NCBI GenBank assembly: GCA_030141605.1
Contig: JAQGDQ010000230.1
Span: 1-64,000 of the forward strand
Origin: Tubiluchus corallicola
Lineage: Eukaryota; Animalia; Priapulida
Length of the DNA: 64,000 bases
Reading direction: 5' to 3'
The notes below the pieces were generated by a model. It saw only the letters and a list, made by a program, of their open reading frames with translations. It did no database searches and was not told the origin of the DNA. Shown one piece after another: positions 60,401 through 64,000 of this stretch. The position numbers and the translations under genes are program-made. Every line of letters begins with the position of its first letter. The first letter of the stretch is position 1.

Positions 60401-63400
60401 AAAGTATATAGTTTGCTAAAAAAAATTTACCACATGAAATGCTTGTTTTTTGGTATAGTGTTCAATCTTGCTTATGGAATTGATGTCGAAGCAACGAAAA
60501 AGAAAATAGAACAGTACAAGAAAGACAACCAAGCAGTGATACGAAAGAATCGATCTAAAATGGTAAGATGCTAAGTAATTGGTGTTTTTTCTTGTGCAGA
60601 CTGCAAAATTTAGTACTACACACATATTTGACATAATGTTAATATTTTTTGTACATACACTGCGAAGTATATGAATTTTTGTCACTTACAATGTAGTTTG
60701 TAACCATGAATGGTGGATTTGTATAGACGAGATTTATACGTCATTTATTTAAATCCTAGTATATTTGAATATATTAATCGGAAAAGATGCAGTCTTACGG
60801 TATACAAGAAAATTGTTTTTAAGCCAGTTAGTTTTACTCTGTGTGAATAGTGTATAAAATTGCTCCATAATTCAGAGTGAAGAAGACGCTTACATCGAGG
60901 CAATGTTAGAAGAGGAGAACAGACAGGTATTAGAGAGACGGCAGCAGCTTCTTGATGCTGAAATACAGGAAAAAATTGAAAAGAAGAAAAATAAGGAAGC
61001 CCTCTTAGACGAATTGGTATGTTTCTAATACAGCTTCTTGTATTCGTTTACCAGACAGTATTGCCAAGGAGATTGTGTGCACGTATTAGGTTAAAAAAAG
61101 GTGATTAATCGTACCCATAATGTGGGTTCATCATACACCACATAGTGGAAAATTTTGAGTTCTTACTCTCCACATTGACACAACCTGTACTGTTTTGCCC
61201 TTTTGTTAAGTTGATGAACTTACTGTTGTTTAGAGTTGGCACAGTTACTGGTAGGTTGCCAGCGACAGAAGATTAGACATAAACTGAAATCAGGGGGCAT
61301 TGGATATCAATTCTTCCATTGTCGAGTAACAGTGGCTTGTAGTACATGAAAGGTCTGGATCAGACGAATTGAATGGTATGAGTTACGTCTAGATATTAGC
61401 TGACCCCTAATACCACTGTTGGGGGTAAAAACCCAAATTGGGACAATAAACCCAAAAACCCAAGGTGCCACTTAAAGCATCTCTTGTCACAGAAGCAGAA
61501 TTTTACCACTTTTTGACCGAGTCAAAAACGTTCACGAGTTGTAGTTAATTATAATTTATATTTTCAGATGTATTCAGACCTTCCTGCTGGTCATATTTTA
61601 GCAAGTCGAATCGCAAGAACATCAGTGGAGCCTATGGAAATATCCAAACATAGACAGACGACTTCGTTTTCCACAGGAATTAAACTTGGTGGGGTATGTA
61701 TGAACTACTAGTACTGTCTTAAATAACTGTGGTTAAATATAAATTTCACGGAAGGGAAACACATTGTCAGTATCTTTACTTTTCGGTAAGTAACTGCGCA
61801 TCATGTCAGTAAGGGTCCACCCTATAGCTAGATGAAATTCAGCTACTCAAAATGGAAAATTTTCCAGAATTTGGTCAAATTGTTCTAACCAGATTTTTCT
61901 ACTGATCAATCAACAGATAATACTAATAATGCTGTAGTTCACAACCATTTAATTAAATTGTATACGTGTATGATTTGTCACTAGTGCATTTTAATGTCTG
62001 TCAGTGCTATAGTCCTATGAAATTGGTTGTTGTTGATAACCGTTTGTGAAGTAAATTCCAAGTTACTGTAGCATTTCTATATATATATATAATTATTGGT
62101 TTTAGGAAGAAACTAGGTATCATGGCGGGTGGATTTTCTAGTGTAATAAACTCTTCACAGCAAGCCACATAGTTTAACAGAGCCTGGCGCAGGTGCATAG
62201 CATTTTTATAAAGCTAGCCCAGAATGTAAAGCACTGGATTACTTTCTTGGTCATAATGGAAATAAATGTTTCAAAAGTTGTTAAAATCTAATGAGTCCTT
62301 CCTTGTTCCTGTGCCCCATTACTTCACAAAGTAATGAGGAACGCTCAACTTAGCTTGTTGCATGTTGGACCAACTTTTTTGCCAAGTTTCACGTGATTTT
62401 TATGTACAGAACTGGAGATATTAAATTTCTGGTTACCTGGCTAGTTGTTTGTGAATCTTTCTTCCATTGTATAGTAGGCACCACTTAATAGACTCACTTT
62501 GGGACCGACGTGTTTTGACCCAATTAACCGACTGAACCTATTAACCGGTGAGTGTAGTATTACAGGTATAGAAGTGTGAGTCATCAGCTTACTATGCACA
62601 GCAAAGGTTTTTAATAAATTATAGAAACGAAGTAATACCTAAATTCCTTTGTGCAGTTAAAAATCAGAAAAAATATTTTAAAATATTAATTTATATAAGC
62701 GAATTAGCAATAAATTAAAAAGTATACTTTTCTAAGTCTGTTTATTTGCAAAAATTACAAAAAATCCTTCAAATTGCCTCATTTTCTCGCGAAGAAGTTA
62801 GCCCAGAAAGTTATCGTAATTATAAAAACGTTGAAAATCAGTTGTTGTGCATGACTAAAACAGTTCTGAATCGTCTGCTCGCTTACATTGCTCTTATTTG
62901 CTATATGACATTTACTCTTGTAAATCACAAGGAATACCGGCTGATTACTGTACCTGTATCTTTGACTGTTAACTCATTAAGCCTGAAAGCGTGAAATGAG
63001 AGCATCAAAAGGAAACCGCTAGGTAAGTGATTAAATGTTTAGCTTCCAGAAATTCTTTGGGCAACAGTGGGCGAACGGGTAACAGATTCAAAGCAAAACC
63101 GCTACCCTAGCATATTAGCGCATGATAAACGTACCTGCTTGCAAACAAAACGGTACCTAACATGATTGTTTCTGCAAAGGCTCTTTGGGCACATACAAAT
63201 ATCTTATTTTAAGTAGGTGAAGGAAAAACATTGAGTCAATTATGCGGAGTTATTTGAGTCAATTATCGATAGTTTTTATGTATATTTCAATAGAAGTGGC
63301 CCGTTCCAGGCATTTTTGAGTCAATTAAGTGATTGAGTCTATTGACCGTGAGTCTATTAAGCGGTGCCTACTGAACATGCAAGTTAACCTTGGTGAATTT

Positions 63401-63862
63401 TAGCATGAACAAGTACATAATCATCTTGGACTGGCCACGTGCTGCATTGTCTTGTTTTATCTTGTAATACAGTCAAACCCCGTTACAACGCCCTGTTTTT
63501 AATGCCAGCCTTGCTTAACGCCCATATTTTTGGCAAAACAAAATGCCTGTATCATACAGGCATGTATGTATTACTGCACATCCATATAATGCCATTGTTT
63601 ATTGCAGTCTCAAAATAGGCAGTGTAGAGGTTTGACTGATCATTGCCTTAAAATGCATATTTAGTCCGTGTGATTGTAACACAAGTAGTTGACTTGAATG
63701 CAGTTACAGTATCCTATGTAGCTGTGCCTGCTTATTTCAGAGCTCTCAGGGATTTCTCCCAGTTTCTAAAGAAGAGGAAGGAGAGATGTTTCAGTACACA
63801 GAACCTGTGATAGACATGTGCGGACCAGATCACCCAAATGCAAAGCAAATTGAAGACGAAAG
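54649..63862 (+). CDS. MNAT1: CDK-activating kinase assembly factor MAT1 (RING finger); last exon not resolved, probably beyond the window
   Basis: Exons 54649-54737, 57091-57243, 57675-57748, 60459-60562, 60876-61016, 61568-61693, 63741-63862. [55 protein letters not shown] (C3HC4 RING), [38 protein letters not shown]. Confidence 0.95.
57388..57421. repeat. (TA)n microsatellite
   Basis: Uninterrupted TA run in MNAT1 intron 2. Confidence 0.9.
57779..58622. mobile_element. Tigger/pogo-like MITE in a MNAT1 intron
   Basis: TA|CAGTATAACACCATTATAGTGAAC ... GTTCGCTATAATGATGTTATACTG (24-bp TIR, 2 mismatches). Confidence 0.75.
62472..63373. mobile_element. Tc1/mariner(pogo/Tigger)-type MITE, family A copy 2
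   Basis: TAGTAGGCACCACTTAATAGACTCACTTTGGGACCGA ... GTGAGTCTATTAAGCGGTGCCTACTG; shares both ends with 32060-32878 but has a different left-internal segment. Confidence 0.85.
63470..63638. mobile_element. Short Tigger-like MITE
   Basis: TA|CAGTCAAACC ... GGTTTGACTG termini. Confidence 0.55.
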
Positions 63863-64000
63863 GTACAGGATCATTTATTATTTCCTTCTTAGTAAATAGA
63901 CCGAAAACCAAATTTTTGTCCACAGTTTTGTGCGACTTCTTTCACAGGCTACATGCAGGAGTGGCCTAGTAAGCCCCCAGCACATATCTTATCTGTAATA

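Noticed and set aside
63948-64000. Candidate last MNAT1 exon after TTCACAG
   Set aside because: The required phase gives RLHAGVA* and lacks the conserved YLxHVR...AGG C-terminus; the true exon is probably beyond the window.

Overview
AT-rich, intron-rich eukaryotic (invertebrate animal) genomic DNA. The 5S and SINE sequences look lophotrochozoan-like, but that assignment is tentative. Gene content, assembled by hand from splice sites and translation: the 3' part of VPS54 (+), a complete UGP2/UDP-glucose pyrophosphorylase (-), a divergent but intact tandem paralog of cytosolic malate dehydrogenase (-), a full-length but frameshifted RTE LINE (+), canonical MDH1 (-), and most of MNAT1/MAT1 (+) head-to-head with MDH1. 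Most ORF-track entries are exon fragments or noise. Main observations: (1) MDH1 has an in-frame extension after its TGA that ends in -SKL-stop, a cryptic peroxisomal signal, in a non-canonical UGA-ACU context. (2) UGP2 has a tandemly duplicated 105-nt exon pair separated by a 65-nt intron carrying three Rbfox-type motifs, probably mutually exclusive exons. (3) The MDH paralog keeps its catalytic residues but has remodelled cofactor and substrate loops. (4) A twister ribozyme sits exactly at the RTE 5' end. (5) A 5S-rRNA-headed SINE has an RTE-derived tail. (6) There is a U12 intron, a likely GC-AG intron, and MDH1-UGP2-VPS54 microsynteny matching human 2p15.
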